Assembly (NCBI GenBank): GCA_026392355.1
Contig: JAPLCF010000041.1
Span: forward strand, 204,716 to 268,715
DNA length: 64,000 bases
Source of the DNA: Actinomycetota bacterium
GTDB taxonomy: Bacteria; Actinomycetota; Thermoleophilia; Gaiellales; F1-60-MAGs149
Reading direction: 5' to 3'
A program made the position numbers and the translations under genes. The notes under the pieces are model-generated. The model saw nothing but the letters and a program-made list of their open reading frames with translations, had not been told where the DNA came from and made no database searches. Position 1 is the first letter of the stretch. Every line of letters begins with the position of its first letter. Below are positions 26,872 to 35,583 of this stretch, one piece after another.

Positions 26872-28259
26872 CGCTTCGTCTCTACGACTCCCTCCGCCGC
26901 TCCACCAACGACGTGGAGCCGCTCACGCCCGGCCAGCTCGGGCTCTACGTCTGTGGTCCGACGGTCTACGGCCCCGTGCACGTCGGCAACGCGCGCCCGT
27001 TCGTGGTGGCGATGACGCTCGCGCGGCACCTGCGTCGCACCGGCTGGGAGGTACGGGTCGTCTCGAACCTGACCGACATCAACGACAAGATCTATACCGC
27101 AGCGCAGGCTGAGGGCATCGAGAGCCGCGACCTCGCCGAGCGCGAGTCGGCGCGCTATCTCGACGACACTTCGCGCCTCGGCCTCGGGCGCCCCGACGTC
27201 GAGCCGAAGGTGACCGAGTCGCTGCCGGAGATCGTCGAGATGATTGAGGGCCTAATCGCTGGCGGGCATGCGTACGCGTCTGACGGCGACGTCTACTTCC
27301 GCGTTGCCGATTTTCCGTCGTACGGTGCGCTGTCGGGCCAGAAGATCGATGAGATGCAGCCCGAGGAGATCACCTCGAAGAAGCAGGCGCCGCTCGATTT
27401 TGCGCTGTGGAAGGCGCAGAAGCCCGGCGAAGATGCCGCGTGGGAGTCGCCGTGGGGGATGGGGCGCCCCGGCTGGCATATCGAGTGCTCCGCGATGGCG
27501 ATGTCGGCCCTCGGTGAGGAGATCGACATCCACGGCGGCGGCATCGACCTCAAGTTCCCGCATCACGAGAACGAGCGCGCGCAGTCCGAGGCCATGACCG
27601 GCCGGCCGTTTGCACGCACGTGGCTGCACAACGGCATGCTGCGCTTCGGCGGCGACAAGATGTCGAAGTCGCTTGGCAACATCGATCGGCTGTCCGACGC
27701 GCTCGATCGCGAGGGCAACGAGACGCTGCTGAGTCTGTTCGCCCGTGCGCAGTACCGTTCGCCACTCGACTACAGCCCCGATTCGCTCGAGGATGCACGC
27801 AAGTCGAACGACCGCCTGCGCGAGGCGCTGCGCCGTGCAGCGCGTATCGCCGGCGATGTCGCACCAGCCGAAGGTGGCCCGCTGGCCACTGCAGCAGCTG
27901 AGGCCGATGCGCGTTTCCGCGCCGCGCTCGACGACGACTTCGGCACGCCCGAAGGTCTGGCCGCTCTGTTCGATCTCGTGCGCGTGGTCAACGCCGCCAC
28001 CGACGCTGGCGATGTCAGCCCCGCTGACGTTGCACAGGCCCGCGCCATCTTGATCGACTGCCTGTGGGTGCTCGGCCTCGACGGTCTGGGCGCGACGGCC
28101 GACGGCCCACCGGTCGAAGCCGTGGCCCTCATGCAGGAGCGCGAAGCGGCTCGCGCGACCAAGGATTTTGCCCGTGCCGATGCCATTCGCGATGAGCTAA
28201 AGGTGCTCGGCTGGGTCGTGCAAGACCTCGCTGACGGCCCCGAATTGCAGCAGGCATGA
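26868..28259 (+). CDS. cysS: cysteine--tRNA ligase
   Basis: MTLRLYDSL....EPL, YVCGPTVYG..HVGNARP, WHIECSAM, HGGG.DL.FPHHENE, KMSKSLGN. Confidence 0.94.
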   Translation: MTLRLYDSLRRSTNDVEPLTPGQLGLYVCGPTVYGPVHVGNARPFVVAMTLARHLRRTGWEVRVVSNLTDINDKIYTAAQAEGIESRDLAERESARYLDDTSRLGLGRPDVEPKVTESLPEIVEMIEGLIAGGHAYASDGDVYFRVADFPSYGALSGQKIDEMQPEEITSKKQAPLDFALWKAQKPGEDAAWESPWGMGRPGWHIECSAMAMSALGEEIDIHGGGIDLKFPHHENERAQSEAMTGRPFARTWLHNGMLRFGGDKMSKSLGNIDRLSDALDREGNETLLSLFARAQYRSPLDYSPDSLEDARKSNDRLREALRRAARIAGDVAPAEGGPLATAAAEADARFRAALDDDFGTPEGLAALFDLVRVVNAATDAGDVSPADVAQARAILIDCLWVLGLDGLGATADGPPVEAVALMQEREAARATKDFARADAIRDELKVLGWVVQDLADGPELQQA

Positions 28260-28966
28260 GCGGCGACATCCTCTATGGACGCCAGCCCGTGCATGAGGCG
28301 ACGCGCGGCCGTCGTGCCGTCCACGAGATCCTCGTGACGGAGAAGGCGAAGGCGTCGCTGCCATGGCTGCGCGACGTCGCGGCGCAGGTGCGCGTCACGG
28401 GTGCCGATGAGATCGGCGCCTTGGCCGGGAGCTCCGATCATCAGGGGATCGCGGCACGTGTCGATCCGTTTACCTATGCGGATCCCGACGACCTGCTGGA
28501 CGCCGATGCGCCGCTGATCATCGCGCTCGACGGTGTGAGTGATCCACGCAACCTCGGCGCCATCGTGCGCAGCGCGGAGTGCGCGGGAGCCGCGGGCCTC
28601 GTCGTGCCACGCCACGGCAGCGCGATTGTGACCGCCGTCGTGGCCAAGGCCAGCGCCGGCGCCGTTGAGCATCTCCCGATTGCGGTCGCTGCAAACATGG
28701 CCGACTGGCTCCAACGGGCCAAACGTCCGGGCATCTGGAGCTACGCCGCGGCTGCCGACGGCGAAACGGGGTACACGCAGGCCGATTATCGGGATGGCTG
28801 CATCTTCGTCCTCGGCGCCGAGGGCTCTGGCGTGCGGCCTCGGGTGATGGATGCCTGCGATCAGACGGTTTCGATCCCCCTGGCGGGGACGATTTCGTCG
28901 CTGAACGTCTCGGTGACGGCCGGCGTGCTGCTGTTTGAGGCAGTCCGCCAGCGCTCCGCAGTCTGA
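28256..28966 (+). CDS. rlmB: 23S rRNA (guanosine-2'-O)-methyltransferase RlmB (SpoU/TrmH family)
   Basis: ATGA overlap with cysS. HQG, LDGV.DP.NLGAI.RSA...G, LGAEG.G.R, IP..G...SLNVSV..G motifs. Confidence 0.86.
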   Translation: MSGDILYGRQPVHEATRGRRAVHEILVTEKAKASLPWLRDVAAQVRVTGADEIGALAGSSDHQGIAARVDPFTYADPDDLLDADAPLIIALDGVSDPRNLGAIVRSAECAGAAGLVVPRHGSAIVTAVVAKASAGAVEHLPIAVAANMADWLQRAKRPGIWSYAAAADGETGYTQADYRDGCIFVLGAEGSGVRPRVMDACDQTVSIPLAGTISSLNVSVTAGVLLFEAVRQRSAV

Positions 28967-29215
28967 GGCACTGCAGAGGCTTTGGGCATAGGGAGAAGCC
29001 TAACAACACCTCATAATCGCGCTTATAGAGCCGAATTCACAGGGATTTGGCTATGCTCAGTTTTGTAACGGTTTGCAGGCAAATTAGGAACAACCCTATG
29101 AATGTTCGAATTGCCCTTGCATTTCCCAAATGCGTCAGGCAGCATGGGGTCGTCCGGGTAAACCTCATCTAGATGATGAGGGTTTTTGACCCCGCGACGG
29201 AGGAGCAGAACCCCA

Positions 29216-29899
29216 ATGCAGACCGCCCGAGCCACACACGCACGGACCGCCGATCCGGCAGCCCGTCAGAAGCGAGATCAGGGCGATCTCAACCTCGTTC
29301 TGCGCGCCCGCAACGGTAATGACGCCGCACTCGACCAGCTGATTCGTCGCTACCAGCCGTTCGTGCGCCTCAAGGCCTCGAGTTACTTCCTAGCCGGTGG
29401 CGACTCCGACGACCTCCAGCAGGAGGGTCTGATCGGGCTCTACAAGGCGATCCGCGACTACCGCGTCGATCGCGAGACATCGTTTCGCTCGTTTGCCGAG
29501 CTCTGCATCACGCGCCAGATCATCACCGCGATCAAGGGCGCGACCCGCAACAAGCATCAGCCGCTGAACGGCTACATCTCCTTCTCGCACACGCCTGCCG
29601 GCGCCGATCCCGAGGGTGGCGAGTGCACGCTGGGCGACGCTATCGCCGGCTCCCCGACGATGGATCCCGCCTCGTGCGTCGTCTCGAGCGACGAGCTCGA
29701 GTCGCTCGTCTCGATGCTGGGCTCTTCGCTGTCGCCGCTCGAGTCCGAGGTGCTGGCTGCATTCATGGCCGGCGACTCGTACGACGCCATCGCGGAGCAG
29801 GCCGGCTGCGACCCCAAGGCCGTCGATAACGCGCTGCAGCGCGTCAAGCGCAAGATCGAGCAGCATCGCGCCAGCCGCGATGTCGCCGAGACTGCCTAG
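29216..29899 (+). CDS. sigH: RNA polymerase sigma factor, SigH (Bacillus Spo0H) family
   Basis: ATG 29216 after GGAGGAG. ALDQLIRRYQPFVRLKASSYFLAGGDSDDLQQEGLIGLYKAIRDY...SFRSFAELCITRQIITAIKGATRNKHQPLNGY and KAVDNALQRVKRKIE align nearly residue for residue with B. subtilis SigH as I recall it. Position after rlmB as in Bacillus. Confidence 0.85.
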   Translation: MQTARATHARTADPAARQKRDQGDLNLVLRARNGNDAALDQLIRRYQPFVRLKASSYFLAGGDSDDLQQEGLIGLYKAIRDYRVDRETSFRSFAELCITRQIITAIKGATRNKHQPLNGYISFSHTPAGADPEGGECTLGDAIAGSPTMDPASCVVSSDELESLVSMLGSSLSPLESEVLAAFMAGDSYDAIAEQAGCDPKAVDNALQRVKRKIEQHRASRDVAETA

Positions 29900-29918
29900 A
29901 ACCGCGTAGATTGCCGGC

Positions 29919-30689
29919 ATGACGCCGGGCCAGTACGCCATTGCCGGTCTTGCTGCGTTGGCAGCTGGACTCGTCAACGCTCTCGCCGGCGGCGGCACGC
30001 TGATCTCGTTTCCCGTGCTCCTCGCCCTTGGTGTGCCGCCGGTCACGGCCAACGTCACCAACACCGTGGCGCTCGTGCCGGGCTATCTCGGCGGCACGTA
30101 CGCACAGCGCGGTGATCTGCTGGGCCAGGGGCGGCGGATGCGCGTGCTGTTGCCAGCAGCTGCCCTCGGCGGCATTCTCGGTGCCATCCTGTTGTTGATC
30201 ACGCCCGAGAGCGCCTTCAAAGTGCTCGTGCCGTTCCTGATCATGGGCGCGGTGGTGATTCTCGCGCTCGGCGATCAGGTCAAGCGCCGTGTCGCCACAC
30301 GTATCTCGCAGCTCAGCGGTGGACAGGAACGGCTCGTCGGCCCCGCGGTCGGCGTCTTTCTCGCGGCGATCTACGGGGGCTACTTCGGCGGTGGACTCGG
30401 CATCATCGTGTTGGCCGTGCTCGGCATGGTGCTCGTCGACACGCTCACGCGCATCAACGCGCTTAAGCAGTGCACGAGTCTGGCCGTCAATGGCTTCGCC
30501 GCGGTGATCTTCCTGTTCTCCGGCCACGTGCTGTGGATGACGGCTGGGGTGATGCTCGTCTGCGCGCTCCTCGGCGGGTATCTCGGTGGCCGTGTTGCGG
30601 GTCGTGTCTCCGCGAAGGTGCTGCAGCGCGTCGTGCTGGTGATCGGCGTTGTCGTGACAGTGGTCTACACCGCGCGCACGTTCGGCTGA
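29919..30689 (+). CDS. TauE/SafE (DUF81) family sulfite/anion exporter
   Basis: 8 predicted TM helices. AAGLVNALAGGGTLISFPVLLALGVPPV.AN.TN in the first repeat and IYGGYFGGGLGI in the second. Confidence 0.8.
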   Translation: MTPGQYAIAGLAALAAGLVNALAGGGTLISFPVLLALGVPPVTANVTNTVALVPGYLGGTYAQRGDLLGQGRRMRVLLPAAALGGILGAILLLITPESAFKVLVPFLIMGAVVILALGDQVKRRVATRISQLSGGQERLVGPAVGVFLAAIYGGYFGGGLGIIVLAVLGMVLVDTLTRINALKQCTSLAVNGFAAVIFLFSGHVLWMTAGVMLVCALLGGYLGGRVAGRVSAKVLQRVVLVIGVVVTVVYTARTFG

Positions 30690-30691
30690 CG

Positions 30692-31396
30692 CTACGCCGC
30701 AGCGGGCATCGCGTTGCGCTGCGTGGCGGCCACGCGTGCGGGGTCCGGCACGTTCGTGCAGATGCCATCGACGCCCATCGCGACGAGGCGGGCGATGGTG
30801 GCCGGATCGTCCGGTGTCCACACCCAGATCTCGCCGCCGGCGCGATGCACCTGGGTGATCAGCTTGGGCGTGACGAGGCGATGCTGGACGGTGACGAGAT
30901 CGCAATGCGTGGCCTTCAAGAGGAGATCGACGCGGCCGGTCCAGACGAAGCGCCACGCGCGGTTGGCAACCCAGCCAAGTGCGCGAATCCAGTCGTGGTG
31001 ACGGCGCGGGATCGTCAGGCCAACGCGGATGCGCGGCTCGAGGTGGCGGATCCACAGCGCCTGCTCCCAGCCACCGCCCGTGATCACGATGCGCTCGGTC
31101 ATGTCGGCCTCGCGCAGCTCGCGCACGAGCTGTTCGGCCAGGTGGTTCTGCTTGAGGTCAAGGTTGAGCGGGATGTTCGCGTGGCGCGCCAGCGCGAGCG
31201 CGTCTCGTAGGCGAGGCGCCGTCTCGTTCGGCCCCTTGTCGTGCGACAGCACCAGTTCGCCGTCGGAGCGGCGACGCCGCACGTCGATCTCGACCATATC
31301 CGCGCCGAGGCGGATCGCCTCTTGGATCTGGGCGATCGTATTGTCGCCAAGACCGGTGCGATACCCGCGATGCGCAATGTGCAGGTGGGTTCCCAT
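30692..31396 (-). CDS. glycerophosphodiester phosphodiesterase family protein
   Basis: ATG 31396 within ORF 30692..31450. HIAHRGY....DNT..Q..EA...GADMVEIDVR....G..V..HD and later W.WT.D motifs. Confidence 0.8.
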   Translation of the reverse strand: MGTHLHIAHRGYRTGLGDNTIAQIQEAIRLGADMVEIDVRRRRSDGELVLSHDKGPNETAPRLRDALALARHANIPLNLDLKQNHLAEQLVRELREADMTERIVITGGGWEQALWIRHLEPRIRVGLTIPRRHHDWIRALGWVANRAWRFVWTGRVDLLLKATHCDLVTVQHRLVTPKLITQVHRAGGEIWVWTPDDPATIARLVAMGVDGICTNVPDPARVAATQRNAMPAAA

Positions 31397-31477
31397 GCAC
31401 CCAGCGTACTCCTGTGCGGAACCACACGAGCGGACTTCACCGGATCGCAAACACGGTGTAACCGCAGGAAAACGCCG

Positions 31478-31756
31478 CTAGTAGCTCTTGCCTTCGGCGT
31501 ACCGTTGTCGGTGCCAGGCTCTGCCGTTGCCGAGGTTGCGGGACTTGTACGTGGGGAGTTGCATGTCGCAGTTTCCGCAGACGAGTCGAAGGTTTGTGAT
31601 GCGATCGTCAGAGGGGTTGCCGTTGATGTGATCGACGATCAGCGGGACGGGTTTGCCGCACCATTGATCGATGTCACAAATCGCGCAGCGATGTTCCCGC
31701 GTGCGACGCAGGTACTGGCGGGCGGCATGGGGAGACGGCAGCACGCCACTCGCCAA
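31478..31756 (-). CDS. HNH endonuclease (canonical-start core; the frame stays open upstream to the tRNA, see findings)
   Basis: C.IC......GKPVPLIVDHINGNPSDDRITNLRLVCGNC is an HNH motif. The first ATG/GTG/TTG in frame is TTG 31756. GC content is visibly lower than in neighbouring genes. Confidence 0.75.
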   Translation of the reverse strand: MASGVLPSPHAARQYLRRTREHRCAICDIDQWCGKPVPLIVDHINGNPSDDRITNLRLVCGNCDMQLPTYKSRNLGNGRAWHRQRYAEGKSY

Positions 31757-31997
31757 GATGCGGGCGTCGTACGTGGCGCGTTGGTAGTTGTGGCAGCACC
31801 GCAGCGAGCAGAAGCGGGGATTGGTCGTGATTGCTGCGCAGTGTGCACAGGGCTTGGCGGCGAAGCGGCCGGAGCGGCGGTTACGGGCAACGCCGCGGTT
31901 ATTCGTCCGCGCCGCACACGAGCGACTGCAGAAGCGCGCATCGCTCGGCTTGGCTGAGATGTCAGCGCTGCAGGTGACGCATCGTCGCTTCAGGGAG

Positions 31998-32069
31998 AGC
32001 CTCCGACCGGAATCGAACCGATATACCTGGATTACAAATCCAGTGTTCTACCAATTGAACTACAGAGGC
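31998..32069 (-). tRNA. tRNA-Thr (anticodon TGT)
   Basis: Reverse complement GCCTCTGTAGTTCAATTGGTAGAACACTGGATTTGTAATCCAGGTATATCGGTTCGATTCCGGTCGGAGGCT folds as a 72-nt cloverleaf. Anticodon arm CTGGA-TTTGTAA-TCCAG. Confidence 0.88.
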
Positions 32070-32152
32070 GTACACGGAACTGTGACGCTTTGTGCCGACT
32101 TACGCGCAGGCTCATGCCGTCGAGCGACCGGAACGTGCGGCATTCTCAGTAA

Positions 32153-33205
32153 GTGCGCGATTCGCTTCGAGTCCTCGTCGTCTCCAACATGATCCCCTCG
32201 CTTGAGGTGCCGCAGTACGGCGTCTTCGTGGCGCGGCAGACCCGTGCGCTCGAACAGAACGGCTGCACCGTCGAGATCGTTGGGCTCCAGAAGCAGGCGA
32301 CCGGCAAACTCGGCACGGCACGCAAGTACAACGGCCTGCGCAATCGCGGTGCCCACGCGGCCGACCGCATGCAGCCCGACGTTGTGTTGGCGCACTACCT
32401 GACGCCGACGGCGCTCATGGCACGGCGCGCGGCCAAGGCGGCCCACGCGCCGTATGTGCTGGTCGCACATGGCGGCGACGTCACGCATCTCGAGCGTTCG
32501 AAGGCGTTGCGCACGAGCATGCGTCGCGCGATCAGGGGCGCCGACCGTATCGTCGCCGTCTCGCCGGCCCTCGCCGAGCGTCTGGAAGCTGTCTATCCGG
32601 GTCTCGAGATCGACGTGATCAACACCGGCGTCGATCGCGTGCTGTTTCGGCCGGGCGCTGCCGACCTGTCGCCGTATGGCGCGCCGCCGCAGCGTCCGCT
32701 GATCGTGCAGATCGGCAACCTGATTGAGCGCAAGAACCCCGAGCGCTTGGCCCGTGCCGCCCAGCGGCTCTTTGCCGAGCGGGGTGGGGGCGAGTTGTGG
32801 ATTGCGGGCTCCGGCCCGCTTGAGGAGACGCTGCGCGGCATGAGTGGCGTACGCCTGCTCGGCGCGGTCTCGCCGGAGCAGGTGCCAGTCCTGCTGCGTG
32901 GTGCCGATGCCGCTGCGCTCGTGGCGCTCAGTGAGGGCTACGGCCTTGGCGCACTCGAGGCTGTCGCGTGCGGCGTGCCGCTCGTCGTCTCGAGCACCGC
33001 GCCCGTGGCGCGTGATCTGCCCGAGACGGCAGCCGTCCGCGTGGACCCGACGAGTGAGGACGCGATCCTTGATGGCCTGCGGGCTGCGCTCTCGTTGCCG
33101 CGCGAGGATCCGGCCGGTCAGGCCAAGGCCGACGCGCAGGCCGACGTCGTTCAGGCGCGCCGGATGCTCGATCTCCTGACGGCCGTCGCCGGCCGCACCG
33201 CTTAG
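32153..33205 (+). CDS. glycosyltransferase family 4 (GT-B)
   Basis: LRVLVVSNM.P......GVFV..Q...L start. C-terminal E.(7)E-type region (LVALSEGYGLGALEAVACGVPLVVS). GTG 32153 or ATG 32189. Confidence 0.75.
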   Translation: MRDSLRVLVVSNMIPSLEVPQYGVFVARQTRALEQNGCTVEIVGLQKQATGKLGTARKYNGLRNRGAHAADRMQPDVVLAHYLTPTALMARRAAKAAHAPYVLVAHGGDVTHLERSKALRTSMRRAIRGADRIVAVSPALAERLEAVYPGLEIDVINTGVDRVLFRPGAADLSPYGAPPQRPLIVQIGNLIERKNPERLARAAQRLFAERGGGELWIAGSGPLEETLRGMSGVRLLGAVSPEQVPVLLRGADAAALVALSEGYGLGALEAVACGVPLVVSSTAPVARDLPETAAVRVDPTSEDAILDGLRAALSLPREDPAGQAKADAQADVVQARRMLDLLTAVAGRTA

Positions 33206-34221
33206 CTGGTCGCGAGCTCGCCGAGCAGCACGCCGGCGTCATCACCGGTGTACGGCGCGACGCCGAAGCCCTCTGCCCACAGCGCCTCGACGTGGGTGAA
33301 CTCCTCGTCGGTGATCGGCGGCGTCTCGGAGGTAGCGGCGAACTCGTCGATCTGCTCGACGTTGTAGATGTTCGGCAGCACCGTGGAGACGGCGGGCTCG
33401 TGCAGCAGCCACTGCATGGCGGCTTGCCCCATCGTGCGATCGTCGCGCTCGAGGAAGCGCACGGCTTCAACCTTCTGCACGCCCTCCATGAGCCACGACT
33501 TCGGGCGATGGCGGCGATGGTCGTTCTCGCCGAACGTCGTCTCGGTCGTGTACCGCCCCTCGAGCATGCCCGAGGAGTGGGGGACGCGCGCGACGACGCT
33601 GACCCCGTTCTTGGTGGCGTTCTCGATGAACTCGCGACCGGGCTGCTGTTCGAGCAGGTTGTGGATCACCTGCATGGCGTGCAGCGGACGGTTGTTAGCG
33701 ACCCAGACACCCTCGTCGCGCCAGCCGATCGCGGGCCCGAGGGCCACGCCAATCGAGCGCACCGTGCCGGCCTGGAGCAGCTCGTCAAGGAACTCCCAGA
33801 GCGTGTCGTCTTCGAGCGCATCCATGCGAGGGTTGTGGAGCTGGTAGAAGTCGATCTGGTCGCGACCGAGGCGCTTGAGGCTCTGCTCGAGGGCGTAGCG
33901 GACGAACGCGGGCGACCAGTCATGCGGGCGCTCGACGTGGCCCTTACGCTCCCACGGCGAGTAGATGTCGTAGCCGAACTTCGTGCCCACGACGACATCG
34001 GCATCGTTGCCGAAGGCCTTGTTGAGCAGCGACTCGCCACGGCCCTCGCCGTAGGTGTCGGCGGTGTCGTAGAAGGTGATGCCGCGATCCTTGGCGTGGC
34101 GGAGAATCGCCACGGCTTCATCGTCCGTGTACTCGCCCCACCAGCCGGTGGCGAGGGTCCACACGCCGAAGCCCACTTCCGAGACTTCGACGCCACTGCT
34201 TCCGAGCGTGCGCGTCTTCAT
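33202..34221 (-). CDS. aldo/keto reductase
   Basis: ATG 34221 within ORF 33202..34380. MKTRTLGSSGVEVSEVGFGVWT, FYDTADTYG.G..E, IDFYQLHNP, IGVALG motifs. Confidence 0.88.
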   Translation of the reverse strand: MKTRTLGSSGVEVSEVGFGVWTLATGWWGEYTDDEAVAILRHAKDRGITFYDTADTYGEGRGESLLNKAFGNDADVVVGTKFGYDIYSPWERKGHVERPHDWSPAFVRYALEQSLKRLGRDQIDFYQLHNPRMDALEDDTLWEFLDELLQAGTVRSIGVALGPAIGWRDEGVWVANNRPLHAMQVIHNLLEQQPGREFIENATKNGVSVVARVPHSSGMLEGRYTTETTFGENDHRRHRPKSWLMEGVQKVEAVRFLERDDRTMGQAAMQWLLHEPAVSTVLPNIYNVEQIDEFAATSETPPITDEEFTHVEALWAEGFGVAPYTGDDAGVLLGELATS

Positions 34222-34278
34222 ACCCGGAGCGTAGCGCCGATCGTCTGCCGATTTGTGGCCCATCGCTACTGTTCGGAC

Positions 34279-35292
34279 ATGGCCTCGCCAATCCGTATGA
34301 CGCAGCTCTCCACAGGAGGCGGCTGCGCCTCGAAGCTGCCCGCCGCTGCGCTCGCCGACGTGCTGCAGGGCGTGCCGCATCGCGAGGATCCGAACGTCCT
34401 CGTGTCCGGTGCGACCTTCGATGACGCGGCGGTGATCCGGCTTGACGATGGCAGCACCCTGATCCAGACGATCGATGCCTTCGGACCGGTGGTTGACGAT
34501 CCGTTTGACTACGGGCGGATTGCTGCGGCCAACGCGATCTCAGACGTCTACGCGATGGGCGGCATCCCGCGCTTTGCGCTGGCGATCCTGGCTATCCCGA
34601 CGGGCGTCGAGGCAGCGGTCACGACAGAGATCCTGCGCGGTGGGGCCGCCACCGCGCACGCGGCCGGAGTCTCCATCGTCGGCGGCCACACCGTCACGGC
34701 GCCCGAGCCGCTGTACGGTCTCGCGGTGACGGGCATTGCGCCCGGTGGCTTGTTCTGGGCCAACAGTGGCGGTCGTCCCGGTGATCTCCTGTGCCTCTCG
34801 AAGCCGCTCGGCAGCGGCATCGTCGCGAATGCGATGCGCAACGATGCTGCGCCGGCACACGTGCTGGCAGCCGGCGTCGAGGTGATGGCGACGACGAATG
34901 CGGCCGCAGCCGATGCACTGCGGCTGATCGGTCCGACAGCTGTCGTCGACGTCACGGGCTTCGGTCTCGTCGGCCACCTGCACAACCTCGTGCGCGAATC
35001 GGGCTGTGCCGCGGAGCTCAACCTAGCCACGCTGCCGCTGATCCCAGGCGTGCGTGAGCTGGTCGATGCCGACGTGATCCCCGGTGGCTCGCGTCGCAAC
35101 CGTGCAGCTGCCGCGGCGTACATGACCGCGGCTGACACTGTTATTGACGCACTCGTGACGCTGGCCTGTGACGCGCAGACGTCCGGTGGGCTGCTCGCCG
35201 CGGTCCCTGCCGGCACTGATCCGGCGGCCTTGCCCGGACCCGTGATCGGGCGCCTCGTCGACGGTCCGGCGGGCACCGTCGCGCTGATCTAG
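34279..35292 (+). CDS. selD: selenide, water dikinase (Cys-type)
   Basis: ATG 34279 within the artefactual ORF 33292..35292. IRMTQLSTGGGCASK (Cys/Lys active-site loop, TGC codon), DDAAV, DFF.P.VDDP...G.IAAANA.SDVYAMGG, GGHT. Confidence 0.88.
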   Translation: MASPIRMTQLSTGGGCASKLPAAALADVLQGVPHREDPNVLVSGATFDDAAVIRLDDGSTLIQTIDAFGPVVDDPFDYGRIAAANAISDVYAMGGIPRFALAILAIPTGVEAAVTTEILRGGAATAHAAGVSIVGGHTVTAPEPLYGLAVTGIAPGGLFWANSGGRPGDLLCLSKPLGSGIVANAMRNDAAPAHVLAAGVEVMATTNAAAADALRLIGPTAVVDVTGFGLVGHLHNLVRESGCAAELNLATLPLIPGVRELVDADVIPGGSRRNRAAAAAYMTAADTVIDALVTLACDAQTSGGLLAAVPAGTDPAALPGPVIGRLVDGPAGTVALI

Positions 35293-35314
35293 GCGGCACG
35301 GGTACACTCCGCGC

Positions 35315-35542
35315 ATGATCGAAGGCATCTTCGTTGCACTCCAGGTGATTCTCGGGGTCCTCGTGATCGTGCTCGTGCTTGCTCACTCCGGCAAGGACAC
35401 GGGCCTCTCGGGTGCCTTCGGTATCGGCCAGGGCCAGTTCGGCGCCACGCAGGTGATGGAGCGCAACCTTACGCGCTTCACCGTCATCGTCGGCGTCCTG
35501 CTCGTGGCGAACACCATCTTCCTCGGCTTCCTCCTCGGATGA
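35315..35542 (+). CDS. secG: preprotein translocase subunit SecG
   Basis: 75 aa, two TM segments, LAHSGKDTGLSGAFG central motif. Confidence 0.85.
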   Translation: MIEGIFVALQVILGVLVIVLVLAHSGKDTGLSGAFGIGQGQFGATQVMERNLTRFTVIVGVLLVANTIFLGFLLG

Positions 35543-35550
35543 GCCCGGAA

Positions 35551-35583
35551 ACGCGCGAGACCCGCGTGCGCGGGTCTCGGCGT
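35551..35583 (+). terminator. GC-rich hairpin after secG (no U-tract)
   Basis: ACGCGCGAGACCCGCG-TG-CGCGGGTCTCGGCGT: about 15-bp stem with one bulge, starting 9 nt after the secG stop. Confidence 0.45.

Noticed and set aside
29023-29235. 70-aa minus-strand ORF inside the AT-rich island upstream of sigH
   Set aside because: It exists only because the AT-rich stretch lacks stops in that frame. Its codon usage is unlike local genes, there is no RBS, and it overlaps the sigH RBS and start. The region is more likely regulatory.
34279-34340. Possible selenocysteine (in-frame TGA) in the SelD active-site loop
   Set aside because: The loop reads GGGCASK with a TGC cysteine codon. No in-frame TGA, so this is a Cys-type SelD.
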